The position numbers and the translations under genes are program-made. This document shows, piece by piece, positions 1 to 15,600 of a stretch of DNA of 64,000 nt (position 1 is its first letter; each line of letters begins with the position of its first letter). Under the pieces are notes generated by a model. It was not told the origin of the DNA. It saw only the letters and a list, made by a program, of their open reading frames with translations, and searched no databases. The stretch covers positions 21,142,001-21,206,000 of the forward strand of contig CAIIXF020000001.1 in the NCBI GenBank assembly GCA_903813345.2. Reading direction: 5' to 3'. This DNA comes from Owenia fusiformis. Taxonomy: Eukaryota.

Positions 1-389
1 GTAGTCATTAAAGATATACATTTGAGCAATATAATAGTGATTACTTTAATTGCTTACCTTCATTTATTACTAACCATATCTCTTTTACCATTTTCTTGAT
101 CTCACCTTAGTTGGGGGATAATTCATGGGTGGTCTTTTTAGGGGAGGGTTGGCGGGTAAATACTTACAAGATTCGCTCAGATATCAAGAGCTACCTCCAG
201 CCTCAATAAAAAATGGAAGGAAATTGATGATTTTCTGCGCGTGCGCGTTGACCTACATTGAACTGTATCTCCTGGCAACCAGTTTTGTTTACATGCAAAC
301 TTCAGAATTGAAATGTTATAATTGACTAACTCCCATAAAAAACACATAAAACCAATTAATTTATTATTAATTGTTATTTAATAACGTTT

Positions 390-608
390 TTATCGTGTGA
401 TCTTAGGCCAAAACATTTTAATCAGGAGATAATCCCTAAGAATTATTCTGTAATCTCTGTATTGCTACTGAGATTGTCCCCACCTCATACCAATATTTTC
501 TGTATTGCTTTGGAGATGATCAATGGAGACAATCTCAGTAGCAATACAGATTGGTACAGCACAAGAACTGACCAATCAGAGGGCTTCATTTTACAGATCA
601 TGCGATAA
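390..608. mobile_element. Small palindromic MITE-like element
   Basis: Ends TTATCGTGTGATCT / AGATCATGCGATAA; internal 23-bp inverted repeat TCTGTATTGCTACTGAGATTGTC at 456-550. Confidence 0.4.
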
Positions 609-618
609 ATGCACCTAC

Positions 619-3600
619 CTTCTTCTTGTGAGTGGTCTGACTCTTCTATAGGTGGGGGAGGGGGTGCTGGCTCTAAAAATACATCATTAATACATAGTAA
701 TTTTAGGAAATAATTACAAATCTACAGGTCACAAGTAAATTCAGAGAAGTTGTCATGTTATTTGTTTCTTTATACATGCAAAACTAAATCAGCTAGTCCG
801 AAAAACGTTATTTCAATATTTTTGGAAAGTAAGCTGCATAATTTATTCTGCCAAATATTTGATTGTAATCATGGGATAAACTCGACCCGATATCAAGTAA
901 TTTCTCTTGATATGATTTTGTAGATCATAGATATCAAATATCAATACTTGTGAGCAAAATTGGTTGATACAAATGCTCTCACTCTAAAAGATCTGATATG
1001 GAATAGATTGTCCTTTCTTGAGTTATTAATAACAAATCTAGTTGTTATACATGTACTGTCTTAAAGTCTTACGGTGTAGGTTTGCCATGAAGACTTCTCT
1101 AAGTGCCATGAATTCATCTTCTGGCGACATGTCAGCTGAGCCAAATTCATCATTCTCTGGCCACACCTCTCTAAATATAGCAGGTATATGAATATGATAC
1201 CAGCATTTTATAGCAAAAGTACAGCTTTGGTAGGAGATTCATGTTAAGTCAAATACATACATTTCAATCCATTTCATTCAATAAAACAATTTAAATGATA
1301 AAACAATGATGGTATTAGTGTAAATAATGTCACATTGCATGTATTATTTTTAGATCAATACAGTGACAATGTCAGTAATATATTATTAATATAATATAAA
1401 TTACCTTGCAGCCCTAAACAGTGCAATAGCCTCCCCTGGTCTGTTTTCTCTCAGTGACTCCTGCACCCGCATCATAGCATCCATTCTTAATACAAAAGAA
1501 ACATTAATTCATTAGCAGTTTGAGAGTAACAGAAATATTGGCTTCTTATCTTGATGTATTTGAAAAACTTTATATCATTTTACAGCTTATTTTGAAGCTG
1601 CTGAATGTAAAGGAATCATGGATCAGTTGTAATGCTTTTTTCCAAATTCAAAATAGGAATATGAGCCTAACATGAAAGCAACAAGCCAATCAGCCCTAGA
1701 TGAACCCATGTTGTAAATAAATATGAATCATCTCAGTGTATCGTTCAAGGACAGCGCGAGAGCTCAGTATGCAATAAGTAGCCTTTTACCTCTGCTGGTC
1801 TATGTCTTCCTCCGAGGCAGCATCAAATGGAGTTACATCTTCAGGAATATTCCCCCGACCCTGGAATATTGCAGACAGGTCACTGGACACTTCATCCCAC
1901 ATGTCATCGAGTTGCTCTGGAGAAAACTCTGCTTCAACAGTTGGAGGTGGGGCTAAAATAGAAATTTAATTCCTTTTAATCATTTTATTTTGTATTGAAT
2001 GCAGCAAGGAAGGTATACATATACAGGATGGTCAATATAATTTATAACACATACCTGCTTGCCAATATAAGTTACAACACATACCTGCTTGTTGCTTCTT
2101 CTTCTTTTTGGATTTCTTGCGTTTTTTCTGCACCATCAGATGACTATGCCCCTTGGAATATTTCTCAAGCATCTTAGTATAGAGGTGTGTAGCATCCACA
2201 AGGTCAGTCAGGAATGCCCTATGTGGATCACAATCAATATTGATTTTGAAGTACTTTGTTTATCATATGAAGGCAGTGTTCGCGCTAGCCATTAACATTT
2301 TTGAGTCCCAGGGAAGCAACCAATTTGAAAAATCTGAGACCCCATCTAATTTTTTTGCGTCCCTCTTATTTCTTCGCAAAGTTCAAGAAAATATTGTGAA
2401 AGTGAAAATAAAGTGGGCGATAATAGAGTGCTTACACTAAAATGGGATAAAAATGACATATATTGTAATTTGATGCATCCTCCCGATAAATATCTATCAC
2501 TGGGTCCTTTTCACACAATTCTTAAGTAATGTTATACCAAAATAATCCGAAATGAATTAAGGAAATGCTCAAATTAAGAGTTTTGTTTTCACATTTTACA
2601 AACTTGCGATCTTGAAGGTCATGTCAAGGTCGTGAACTTTTGCTTCTTTTTATTATCATTTCTCCTTATTCTGAAGACTTTTAGATGAAAAACCTCGATC
2701 TATCATTAAACAATTATCTTGATGTATAACATTAGATCAATATATAATGGTTTCTAGTGGAAATAATAAAGATAATCGTGAAAAACAATCGTTTCAATTT
2801 GTGGGGAACCACAGGGGATTTCTGCAATATTGTATGTTTTGATCTTCCATTTCGTTTGCGGCATTTTCCGGAATATATCGGAACCAATCAAAATCCATGT
2901 CTCATACTGGAAACTCTTCGGTAGTCATGATAGCCAATCAGATTTGTCGATATAAATATACCTGGATCATTGCTCGTATATCAAGGTAGTGAGTTTGAAA
3001 ATCTTGATGAAAATCATGTTTCACCGCTACTGTGCTGCAGTAAAAGTTATCTTGAAGCAGTTTATAATTTTTGCGTCCTAGGGACGTAAGTTCATTTTGA
3101 TTTTTACGTCCAACCTTCTGAAATTTCCGTAAAAATGGCAAAAAACGGCGTCAACGCGAACACTGTGAAGGTGAATCCGTTTTACTGGTATTAATCTATT
3201 TTCCTATTGTAGTTCATATCTATTTGATGAGTGAGATTTCTACTGAGGCTCTCTTCTTTATCTTCCACATAACGGGACGTTAAAAAATGGTTCACTTGCT
3301 TCACCGAAGGCACTTGTACCCCCTCTCCAAAATCAATGTTTATTGAGTGTTTAATGGCAAGTTTACCAATGGGATAGAGACTCACCTGGACTGCCTGCTC
3401 TCATTGAAGTTCTTCAATAAGTTGATAAAGGTGTCTCTGTATTCCATGAGGTAGAAAACATTTCCTGCACAAATAGAAATTTTAGTTATTCACAGAGAAA
3501 ATCTAATCTAATCCTTACTATGGTACTTACTGGGATCTATTGTTGTAAGGTATGCATATGCATTATAAATTGATGCATAATTATAACAAAATTTGAAAAA

Positions 3601-6600
3601 TAAATATGAATTTATTCTTTCACTTACTGTTAAATATTTAAGTGATGAAGATCTCTACATTGTACAAAGATACTTGATTAAATTCATTTCAGTATTTTTT
3701 GAATAGAATAGGTTTTCTTCAACGATTTTACTCAAAATGTTTCCGTTTTTGGCTTAAAATGTTCACTACATACTGTGATCCTAACAATATGCATGTGTAA
3801 AGACATACCTTTTATCACATTGGCACTCTCTCTCAGTTGTGGATCTTTGGAGCTGTCCATTGCAAAGAGTGTCTGTAGTAGCTCATAATAGGCCCTCAAA
3901 GCAATGTGCACCCTATTAAATGCAAATAATAATACAAACTATAGGATAAACACATAAGTCAAATCATTTTGTAAATGTGTATTATCGTATTAATGTTTGA
4001 TTTTTTGTTTTGTATTTCCTTCTCTTCCATATCAACACTTGGGTGGACTGACTTTTTCACATCAGCCCTTAGTGCAAATTCATCCTGTGTTTTCATTAAC
4101 CTTTTGCAATTTAATTATAACTATAAATCAATAAATGCAAATGGTTGCCAGGAAGGTTATGAGGAGATCATTAACATCTTGACAATAAAAAGACAACATA
4201 ATTGTTATACATTCACTGTCATATCGTTGTGTAATACTGAAATTGAACATTACCTCCTTGACCAAATTTTTGCATCCTTTTTCTCCATGCTTATCATCTC
4301 AAAGTATGTTGTCAGGTTGGTCTGTACAAAGTGGAAGGCCTGGGAGGACATTGTCTCTCTGTGGAGAAAAATAATCATTTTCAGTATCTCAATGTTTAGT
4401 TCAATATATTTATGTACAATATATACTATGATTTCACAGATACTGTTCCTAAATTTGAAATCAGCAAAATTATTGGTATGCAACAAAACATCCATCTACT
4501 CAATCACTACACCTTAACATATTTTAACATTGGGAACGGGTTATCATTTCATGAAACCTCCCAAAGGGCTGTTTGTAAATCAATGTTGTGTGTAAAACCC
4601 TTAAATAATAATTCCCACTCTTAAAAATAAGTGAAGAGGTTTTTAACATACCCTATGACATCTATCCGGAATTTATAGAGTCTGGAGAACTCCATGAAGA
4701 ACCTCATGGCCCAGAGATAGTACGTCTCATCATTGTCCTGAGTCTTAGAATGGTTGATGTTGTCCTGGAAACATACATATTTTAGCAATCATGTATTAAT
4801 TGGCTATTTGTTTCATGTTTTTTTCTGCAGTATTTTTAGGAGAATGTAATATCTAAAAAGAGTTTTGGATGCTATTTTTAGTTTATGAGTAATCTCGGAA
4901 TGCATCCAATATTAATAAAAAATTGACTCTGTTGTTGAATAACTTCAGCAATACAAAGTAAATGGAAATCAACACATAATAAAAAAAATCAAGAAAATAA
5001 AACTATATTACGTGCCAAGTTACATGTAAATGTCAGGTTTATAAAACAGGGAAAAAAATATAGATACAATGTTGTACCGAGTAACAAGGAAAAGATGTAT
5101 AAAAGTGACATCTGAAGAACTCCACTATTTACAACAATACCTAGAAATCTAATGTACATAGAGTTGGTTACCTTGACAGCATACATCAGAGGATTATAGC
5201 AGTTCTCAAGGAAGTTCACGCAGAAATCTTTCAGAAACATCCGGATGCTAAGCGTCGACCTCCGGGTCAAATCTGCCTCTGTGATTGGTTTACGATTTTT
5301 GCCTCGCTTTTTAGGGCGTTTTTCATGATCAAATGAGATATTGTTGACTTCTCCTAAAGATCGATGGTATATCATGCTGTTCTCAGTGATTGACTGCATA
5401 TTGGAGACAACATATGTACCACCAAATCTCGAGTGCCTGTAATGCAATATACATAATATTTACATGTTTTTTTTATTTTGTAAGACTGTGGTGTGTATGC
5501 CAGAAGGCTGGTATAATATCCCTTTTTGCACAAAATATTACTCTAAAAAGTCTTTTTCAATCTCTTTGAAAAGCATGGTGTCCTATTATTTCTATAGGGT
5601 TTAAGGACTAACAACAAGCTGAACAACATTCGTAATATTGGTCATCTGTGCATCGTTCATTGAAATTGTGTAAATGTAGAATTACTACAATGAAATAATG
5701 AAGGCCTCACCTTGTACTGAATTTCTTCATGTTTGCTTTTTTCTGTGCCCTCTCCTTCTCTCGTACCAGCTCAAGTTCCCTAGAAAAATGTCAGGTTTTT
5801 GAAATCTGCACTTCTTGTATCATTAAAACAAGACAGACCGTAATAAATATTGTATTTGAAGAAGATAACACCAAGTAGATTTAAACACCCAGTCGGATTT
5901 TTGAAAGTACACAAGAGTCATTAGCTCTAAACTTGGACATTATCTTAAAGCTGTAAAAATTAAAATTGAATCCAAGGAGTAGTTTTCCTGGAATCTTAAT
6001 GACAAGATTTTTTTGAAACATTTGATTTTCAAAGGATTTCAAAGAGTTTTTGCTGTGAATTTTTGGGAGAATCTGGAAATTGTAATATAAAATTAAAGGC
6101 AATATTTCATTGTCTAAATTGTATCAGATGCTGGCACAGTTTTGCCGGAAGTTTGGAAGAAGTAACTTTTGGCAATGCAGTATGTTAGAGTAACCTAGTA
6201 GGTGTAAGAAAATATAAGGTGATGGCCTTTAAAGTGGTAAAAACAATTTTCACGGCCGAATTGGACTTCAATTCCTGCGATTTCAGGGGGTACTATGAGA
6301 CTATTTCATAACATAAAGGATATAGTTGTTATTGTTCTGCTTTCTACAGCACACATTACTAGTCCAAAGATGAATAATATCCTAAAGTTATAGCCCGATA
6401 TCTGTATTAGTCTCAGAAATATTGCAATTAATAGGAAAAAATATGCAATTTTAGTCATTTTTAAGTCTCACGTATCTTATATTTGTAGCTTCCAGCAAAA
6501 GATGGCAGCTTAAATAGGTCAAAATTGTTTTCTAAAAACTAATTCAAGCTTTGTTTCATATTGTAATACAATTATAATAATGATAATGTACTTTTTATGA

Positions 6601-9600
6601 TTTTTAATATGACTTTATAGTACCCTACCCCTGGAAAGTGGGTGTGGTCAATGTTATCATTTTGCAGCATACAATTAAAAACTTGTATTGATAGAAAGCA
6701 AATCAATGCATTTTTAACATTTTCACTTGTTACTTGACATTGTAATTCATTTATTACTAAAATATAGGACTCTACATATTTTATATATACGTTTTCAATT
6801 TTGTACAATGTATCATGATGAAATCTAATAGGCTGTTTCATTTTCAGTGTTCACTAACGCATGAAATGTAAGTCACAATGTTTCCAAATTACCTTTGCAA
6901 TGAGAAAGTACCACAAAGACTACATAATATGAGCAGTTTCAAGGTCCTAATACTAATACTTACCAATCTATCGGCGTTCAAAAATAGAGAAAGCTGTCGT
7001 GAGTGCAGTTTTAACTAACTTTGAACTGAAACTGCTGCTTAATGAATATTTTTCTCAACATCTGTGACTTTTTTAGACCCCAAACATAAGATACCAAGAC
7101 ATAATGCTACCAAGTTCTGATATTGGAAGTTTCAGAGCTCTAGATCAAATATTCACTTCTGCATGTACTTTTAAAAAGACCCAAAAGGACAAAAAAACTG
7201 TCAGATATCGTGAAAAATATGAAAGGGATGAAAGATGCACTATTCAGAACAATTTATCTCTTAAATGTTACTTTTATTTGACATAATTTCTGATTCTGCC
7301 TCCAGTTAGTACCACCAATAATACATATGAGAAGACTTAACGTCATAGTAAGTGGAAGTACAGATCTATTGGCTTCTGAAAATGGGAAAAGCTGTAGCAA
7401 GTATGATTTTCACCAGTTTTTCATCTAAGACTGCAACTTTCTGAATTTTCTTTTTACAAACTGCACAGTAAGACCAAAGACATTAAAGGAAACCTGGTCA
7501 TTGTACCACCAATAATAAGTAAAAATAATATTGGTAATATATACCAAGTGTTTACTTTAATTCCAAGGCATCTGAATTGATAAATAAATGAAATCAGTAC
7601 TTTATTGTATCTTGGGACAAAATACACTGTTTGAATGCTTAAACTTGACATCAAAGTATCAAGTGAAAGATACGTTGTTATATACAGCTATATATCACTT
7701 TAACTGACTTTACTCTTCAATTTGAAATATGCCTGGCCATCCTAAGAAAAATGTGACGGAGGGTGCATGGTATAATTGGTAATTAAGCTCTTCTAGAGTT
7801 TAAAGCTCCCACAATTTTTAAAAACGAAATGGAGAATAACATGTGAAAGTATAGGATGGACTTATTGATATTTTCATGAGAGAGCGTGTAACTCCTAGTA
7901 AGCACTTCAAGTTTCAGTTCTAAATAAAATACAGTTTAGTTAAAAAATTGTTAAGAATACATACATTTTTTCACAATCACAATTTCACCATTTCTGACTG
8001 TATTTTGCATATTTCTAGGTGTCAATGGTTCAATGATTATTTGATATAACCTCCTGAAACTACTCTCATATATATTTGGTGGTGCAGTGATATGGAATCC
8101 TGTCGTTTGGGGTCTCACGGAATTCTTGTTTTAGAGAAGAAAATCGAAAGCTGCAGTTTAATATTATGAATTATAGGTGAAAATTGCACTTGCTACACTG
8201 CTTCTCCCATTTTTAGATGCTAATAAATCTGTAACTACACTTACTATGACCTTAAGTCTACTCATATGTATTATTGGTATTACTAACTAGAGGCAGAATC
8301 AGAAATTATGGTAAATAAAAGTAAAATTTAAGAGACAAATTGTTCTGAATAGTGCATTTTATCACATTTTTTCGCGATATCTGACTGCATTTTGTGTCTT
8401 TTGGGTCTTTTTAAGAGTCCATGCAGATATGAATACTTGATCTAGAGCTCTGAAATTTTCAATACCAGAATTTGGTAGCACTATGTCTTGATATCCTGTG
8501 TTTGGACTCTAACCAAATCACAGTTGTTGTGAAAAACATTCATAAGTAGCAGTTTTAATTCAAAATTAGTTGAAACGGCACTCAACACAGCTTTCCTCAT
8601 TTTTGAAAGCCGATAGATCGGCAAGCATTTACACCATGATCTTGAATCTGGGCATACATATTCTAAATGGCACTATCTCATTGCCCAGATATTGTGGAAA
8701 CATTGTGACTTATATTCCATGTGATAGTAAGCACTGAAAATGGACTTGTTGCATTGTGGCGGACCCCATACAAAACAAACATATGGGTAGGGGGGGGGGG
8801 GTTTAAATGTTGATCAGTTCTGCTATTTTTTGTGGCTATTGGTCATATAGTAGATCATTTTGTCAAAAGGTAAGGGTGATCCGAGAAAAAGTTGGTAAAT
8901 TGAAACAGCCTATTAGATTTCATTATGATACATTGTACAAAATTGAAATCGTATATATAAAATATGTAGAGTCCTATATTTTAATAATAAATGAATTACA
9001 TTGTCAAGTAACAAGTGAAGATATTTTATATGCATTGATTTGCTTTCTATCAATACAAGTTTTTAATTGTATGCTGCAAAATGATAACATTGACCACGCC
9101 CACTTTCCAGGGGTAGGGTACTATAAAGTCATATTAAAAATCATAAAAAGTACATTATCATTATTATAATTGTATTACAATATCAAACAAAGCTTGAATT
9201 AGTTTTTAGAAAACAATTTTGAGCTATTTAAGCTGCCATCTTTTGCTGGAAGCTACAAATATAAGATACGTGAGACTTAAAAATGACTAAAATTGCATAT
9301 TTTTTCCTATTAATTGCAATATTTCTGAGACTAATACAGATATCGGCCAATAACTTTAGGAAATTATTCATCTTTGGACTAGTAATGTGTGCTGTAGAAA
9401 GCAGAACAATAGCAACTATATCCTTTATGTTATGAAATAGTCTTATAGTACCCCCTGAAATCGCAGGAATTGAAGTCCAATTCGGCCGTGAAAATTGTTT
9501 TTACCACTTTAAAGGCCATCACCTTATATTTTCTTACACCTACTAGGTTACTCTAACATACTGCATTGCCAAAAGTTACTTCTTGCAAACTTCCGGCAAA

Positions 9601-12600
9601 ACTGTGCCAGCATCTGATACAGCAATAGAATTAACTGTAAATTGCTTAAATTTGACGCTATTTGGTGGATTGGGCTTTTAAAATTTTGACTGCTATTTAC
9701 TTTGGCGGATTGACTTATCAGTAAAATATGGATATATGAGATCTAGATAGGAACTCAAGTGGCCAGTGTACTATTTGGTGATATAGGGAGGTTTTAGCTT
9801 CATATACATGGATGAACAAAACCTTGAACAAAAAATGGGGTTACAATAGTTCCTGCTGAGTAAGGGATGAGTAGTAGAAATTAGAGAAGATCCCATATAC
9901 ACAGAAATTTCAACTTTGCAAACATTAAGGTTTAAAGGGTTCCGATAAGCATCCCGTATAAAAACAATATGGCGGCTCCAGGCGAATCGACTGGATCAGT
10001 CCATTTTTAAGAAATAAGGGGAGTTCTGCAAAATCCAGTTTATTGAAATTGTCTTTGAGATAAAGTATCCGTTTATAATGATTTTGAAAACATTATCCAT
10101 AGAGTGATTGCGTTCAAAGAATATGTACAACAGCCAATATAAATCCTTGTATTAGAACTGCTTTGTTTCATTTGCAGGATATTTCATATACCAAGCTGTG
10201 TGCTATTACGTTATGGGGAAATTTAGATGTCAATTTTTCCTTATTATACACAAATAGAAGATCCTGAAACTTCACCCATAAATGTGGAATTGATTTGTCA
10301 AAATAAAAATCATCGTTTTATAAATATGTGACGATCTATAATATACTTATGCTATATAACAGTTAGAGGTGTTGACACAACGACCTCGAGCCTGTGAACC
10401 CTTGAGTATTATTCCGGGATCGGGCCTTTTATACTAAACGGTGAGCAACACCAGAAACGAGCGTTCGATTTGCTAAACGATATGCGTCACCCTATAACAA
10501 GAACACAAATGTGTACAAAATGTTCCCACCTATATGGGTCATCCCATCAAATGGTTATCCTAAAAATGAGTAGACAAGACTCACCGACACAATTTGAGGA
10601 CGGAAAATCCAAAATGGCCACCTTAAAATTTACCCAGAATGCCGAAAAATTAGTCAGTTCTAGATTTTCATACTAAGAACAACCCTTAAAAATTTGAAGT
10701 TGATCCGTCACACAGTTAACCAGAAAACATGTAAACAAGATTTTACAGACAAGATTTGAGGACAGAAAATCCAAAATGGCTGCCTTGACATTTACCCAGA
10801 ATGCCCATAAACTAATCAGATCTAGATTTTCATACTAAGAATCATCCCTGAAAATTTGTAATTGATCTACCAAACGGTTCACCTAAAAACGTGTAGACAA
10901 GACTTTACAGGCAAGATTTTAAGACGGAAAATCCAAAATGGCTGCCTTGACATTTATCCAGAATGCCAAAAAACTAATCAGATCTTGATTTTCATACTAA
11001 GAATCATCCCTGAAAATTTGAAATTGATCTACCAAACGGTTCACCTAAAAACGCGTAGACAAGACTTTACAGACAAGATTTTAAGATGGAAAATCCAAAA
11101 TGGCTGCCTTGACATTTATCCAGAATGGCAAAAAACTAATCAGATCTAGATTTTCATACTAAGAATCATCCCTGAAAATTTGAAATTGATCTACCAAACG
11201 GTTCACCTAAAAACGCGTAGACAAGACTTTACAGACAAGATTTTAAGATGGAAAATCCAAAATGGCTGCCTTGACATTTATCCAGAATGGCAAAAAACTA
11301 ATCAGATCTAGATTTTCATACTAAGAATCATCCCTGAAAATTTGAAATTGATCTACTTGACGGTTCACCTGAAAATGCGTAGACAAGACTTTACAGACAA
11401 GATTTTAGGACGGAAAATCCAAAATGGCTGCCTTGACATTTACCCAGAATGCCCAAAAACTAATCAGATCTAGATTTTCATACTAAGAATCATCCCTGAA
11501 AACTTGAAATTGATCTACCAAACGGTTCACCTGAAAACGCGTAGACAAGACTTACAGACAAGATTTTAGGATGGAAAAATCCAAAATGGCTGACAATAAA
11601 AAAGTGATTATGAGTTTTTGCTGATTTCATTTTACAAAATTATCACATATACCTACTGTTAACAATAACATAGACTTTTACAAGAAGGTACACCTGAAAT
11701 TATTTATAATGCTACTAAATAGTTCAAGTATGAAAACTCAAAAACACCATTCAATATGATACAAAGTATTATTGCGCGCTAACTTTTCTTCAGACATTTA
11801 AAAATGGCTGCCATGACTGAGCTAACAGGTCCAAAACCTAATCAGATCTAGAATGAAGTGAGCTGAACAAGATGTTAAAGTTTTAAAAGCAACTGTGAAG
11901 CCGTTTTTCTTCAAGTTTGCAGACAAGGATTTTAGCATTTGACTTCAAAATGGCCGACAGGAAGTAGATATCGAATTAAAAATTAAAAATACATCTGTAT
12001 GCACTCATAAGTTATCCCTGAAAATTTGAAGGGGATATCTGTAGCGGTTTTGGAGAAAACTGCCGGACGTACGACAGACGGACAGACAGACATCTTGTAA
12101 TATATAGATACACTGTCCCACATGTTTTGTTAAAGAGCAACTGAAGCATACAATCTTTCCACAAAGATAAATTCAGACCAACATTTGGATATCTACATCA
12201 TGTAGGTAGATTATAATTGATATTATTTATTTGTCATATCCAGTATTTATTTATTATAGGTTTAAACCCATATTAATATTGAAATCATATATTATATTAA
12301 AATCCATTATATATTAATTTTAGGAAATACCCATATTAATATTTAAGTCATGATTGGTAAGACACAGACAGACGGACGCGCCTAGGCCGACAATATGGCC
12401 CCACACTATGTGGTGGGGACATAAAAATAAACTCAGTTCCTGTTGATCTAAGGTAATTAGTTTGGTGTGATTCTCACCCACATCTGTTTCTGGTTTGTTT
12501 GTCATATTAGAATCCACAAAAAAAACAATAAAAACAAATGATTGCATTTTTGTCTAAATATTAAGCTATATGTGTAAACAAATAAACTGTTTAAAATAAC

Positions 12601-15600
12601 TGTTAATACAAACAAAAAGCTAATATTAATGTATATTTAAACTGATAATAAGCCCAATTTTCCAATTAAAGATCAGGTGTCAATCTAGAGTTTCTTCACA
12701 CTGCATACTGTACTTGACGAGGTAGGTACATGTCCATATAGATACATACTGTACATATATTTAAAAAATGTCTATGCAAATATTACATGTTGAATATACA
12801 TTTAATTCGTTTAAGTTTTTATGAAACTTTGACAATTAAGATAAAGCTTTGGGCATAAATATTTGGCTCATTCATTGGAATCAAGAATTTTGGGCTGTTA
12901 GGTCAATAGCTGATTCATTGATTCATTGAAAAATTAATGATTTAGCAATTTAATATTTTATGTTTTTGTTATTGCAGATTCCAGCAAAATCAGCTACAGT
13001 GTATTAACTTGGACATGAAACAACAGTACTTCAACATTAATTGAACAAAGGGAATTTAATGGACATAGGTGAAAAATAGCTCAGCTGACAAAAGTGAAGA
13101 TACATTAGGTAATTGCTGGAATGTTCATCATTACAACAGAGAAATCATAGAATTAGACCTTGATCTACAGTAGTAAACTCTTATAATTAAACAGTTTGAT
13201 GATACACAATTGCAAACTTTACACTGTGTCAAAGAACAATGTTTTTCTGTAACATATCATACATGCTACTGGTTGCAAGTTTCATTGCTGATGTTGCAGA
13301 ATCTCGAGCTCAAGTTCGTCAACAAAATGATGGCTTGGTCAATGACCAAGGGCTCCACAATCCAGAGGGAACATTTGGCTTTTTCGAAAATCAAAATTTA
13401 AATGAGCCTTCAATCCAAAAGACTAATAAGAGGAGCATACCAGAGACAGATGAGAGAACAAGTGAAGCTACGACTACACCATTTGACTATTATACTATTC
13501 CTGCACCTAAATACCTATGTGCAATGGATTTGAATGAGACTGTAGGTCCATCATGTGCTAATAGTTCAGTTAGTTCTATGTCCTATGCATATACATGTGA
13601 ATCACGCTGCAATGATCCTAAGATGACAGCAGGAGCTAATATGGGACCTTATTGCTCCTGTCATCCGTTATGTTTGGTGTCCCATGACTGTTGTCAAGAT
13701 TTTCAACAGTTTTGTCCAGAACATTACAAGATTGGTGAGAGAAAGAGAGATTTATTTGCCAGAACCCCAAACTCTTCAGCTTATGTTGAGTGTATGCATC
13801 CCTTTGTTAAATCGGAAAGAGATCATACATATTGGATGGTTGGACGCTGCCCAAAAGACAATGTCAATCAAACACTGCGTGAAAAATGTGAAGGTGAGGT
13901 TACAGAATTCATACAAATAGTACCAGTTATCTCAAAGATAACTGATGTCACATATAAAAATTACTTCTGTGCCCAATGTAATAACATTCTTGAAGATGTT
14001 ATACCATGGGATCTCAATGTCACATGTGAAGAGGTATGGGAAGGCTCCTTAGAATCACCACAAGAGTTGTTAGATTCAGTGAAAAAAGGAGCATGTCATC
14101 CAAAATAGGACCCTCCAGTTGAACACATATGTGTGAATAGACACCTCTCACAACCTAACTGCATGGCTCAGCCCAATGGATGCCTGCCAAAATATACAGA
14201 CTTGTGTTCTTATGGGTTTCAGATGCCTGTCACCATTTCACTGGTTTCATTTATTCAAATTATTGACAATAATTTCATTTATGGTAATGTGAGAGTCGGT
14301 TAAGGTTTAGGTATGAACAAGCCCTAAGAAGACCATTCCCCGGTTATCCCAGGTAAATGTTTCTGGTAAGTTACACTGAACGAAACATCAAGCTTCAGAT
14401 CTCGAGAGTACGAGATGAGACTTTAGACGAGATATCGATAGGATTGTAGTTGGAGGGTTTTCTCCCTAGGTGCGTACAAAATCCATTAACATCAATGTAA
14501 GTTATACATTTCGATTCTTTTTATCGACATTTATCTCTTGTATATACATTTATCTATCGCTGAATCGTTTTGTGAAAATTTTATCGTAATATTTCACACA
14601 AAAAACGTCAGTTTAAAAAAGTTCAAAAAAATTTCAAACACGTTTTATCTTTTGTCTTTATGACTTTGTAGTTTTATGTTTGAAGTATTCAATTGATATC
14701 TCGTACATATGGTTTAAAACTTGAATTTATACAAAAGAATTAATTTATTGATGAATATGGACACGTCACATATTACTCGAGTCTCTACCTTACAGCTAGA
14801 TGTAACTTCATTTATTTCGTATGTACTCGTATTTCGTATGTAAAAATTGCTACACGCACCTAGAAATCATTTTATATTAATTATATTTAGGATGAAGCGT
14901 TGCTTGTCTGGTTTTAGATATTTCAAAATTTCTTTTCGGAGTTTGACATATGGTTAAATTTTCTCGCTGTAGCTAAAAATGGCTTCCGGTTCCAGACGTC
15001 AATAATGTAGGAAACTTTGAAATTATTCTCGCTTAAAGAAATCAAATATAACAATAGATTCAGACGGAGATGTGTGCTGATGTTTCTCAAATCTATACAT
15101 AAAGATATATTTCATATTATTATGCCGTATTTCCTGTGTGTGTGACACATTGATTTACAATATTTACAACACCAAGGCAGCTAATCTTTCTACTCAAAGC
15201 CGGAATATAGAGAAGGTTTGGACCTAAGTAAGTCACATACATGTCCTCAAGTTACGTTCAATAGACTCCATCCAATCTAATAATAGATATTTCATTTATT
15301 TACGAGTGTAAGTAACCTTGTAGGCTATTAAATAAATATATCTATTCTATTTTATTATCCCATTCCAGAGATTTCTGGTTGTTATTGGGATTATTCATAG
15401 TACCATTAAGGTACAGATATCATTTTATTATTTGATATATATTTATCTCTTGAGAGAGCTATAATTATTCCTTTTCTTCTATATTTCTGACACCTTATTG
15501 CACATAATAAACTTTACTCTGAGGATAAGACAGGAGTCAATAATATCCTTACCTTTCCTCTCCCATTATACAAGACAATTAGAGATGCCTAATGTTATTA

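Noticed and set aside
14106-14108. Programmed stop-codon readthrough in the GPCR
   Set aside because: The TAG-G context is not a known leaky one; a nonsense mutation in an already disrupted allele, or a sequencing error, is simpler
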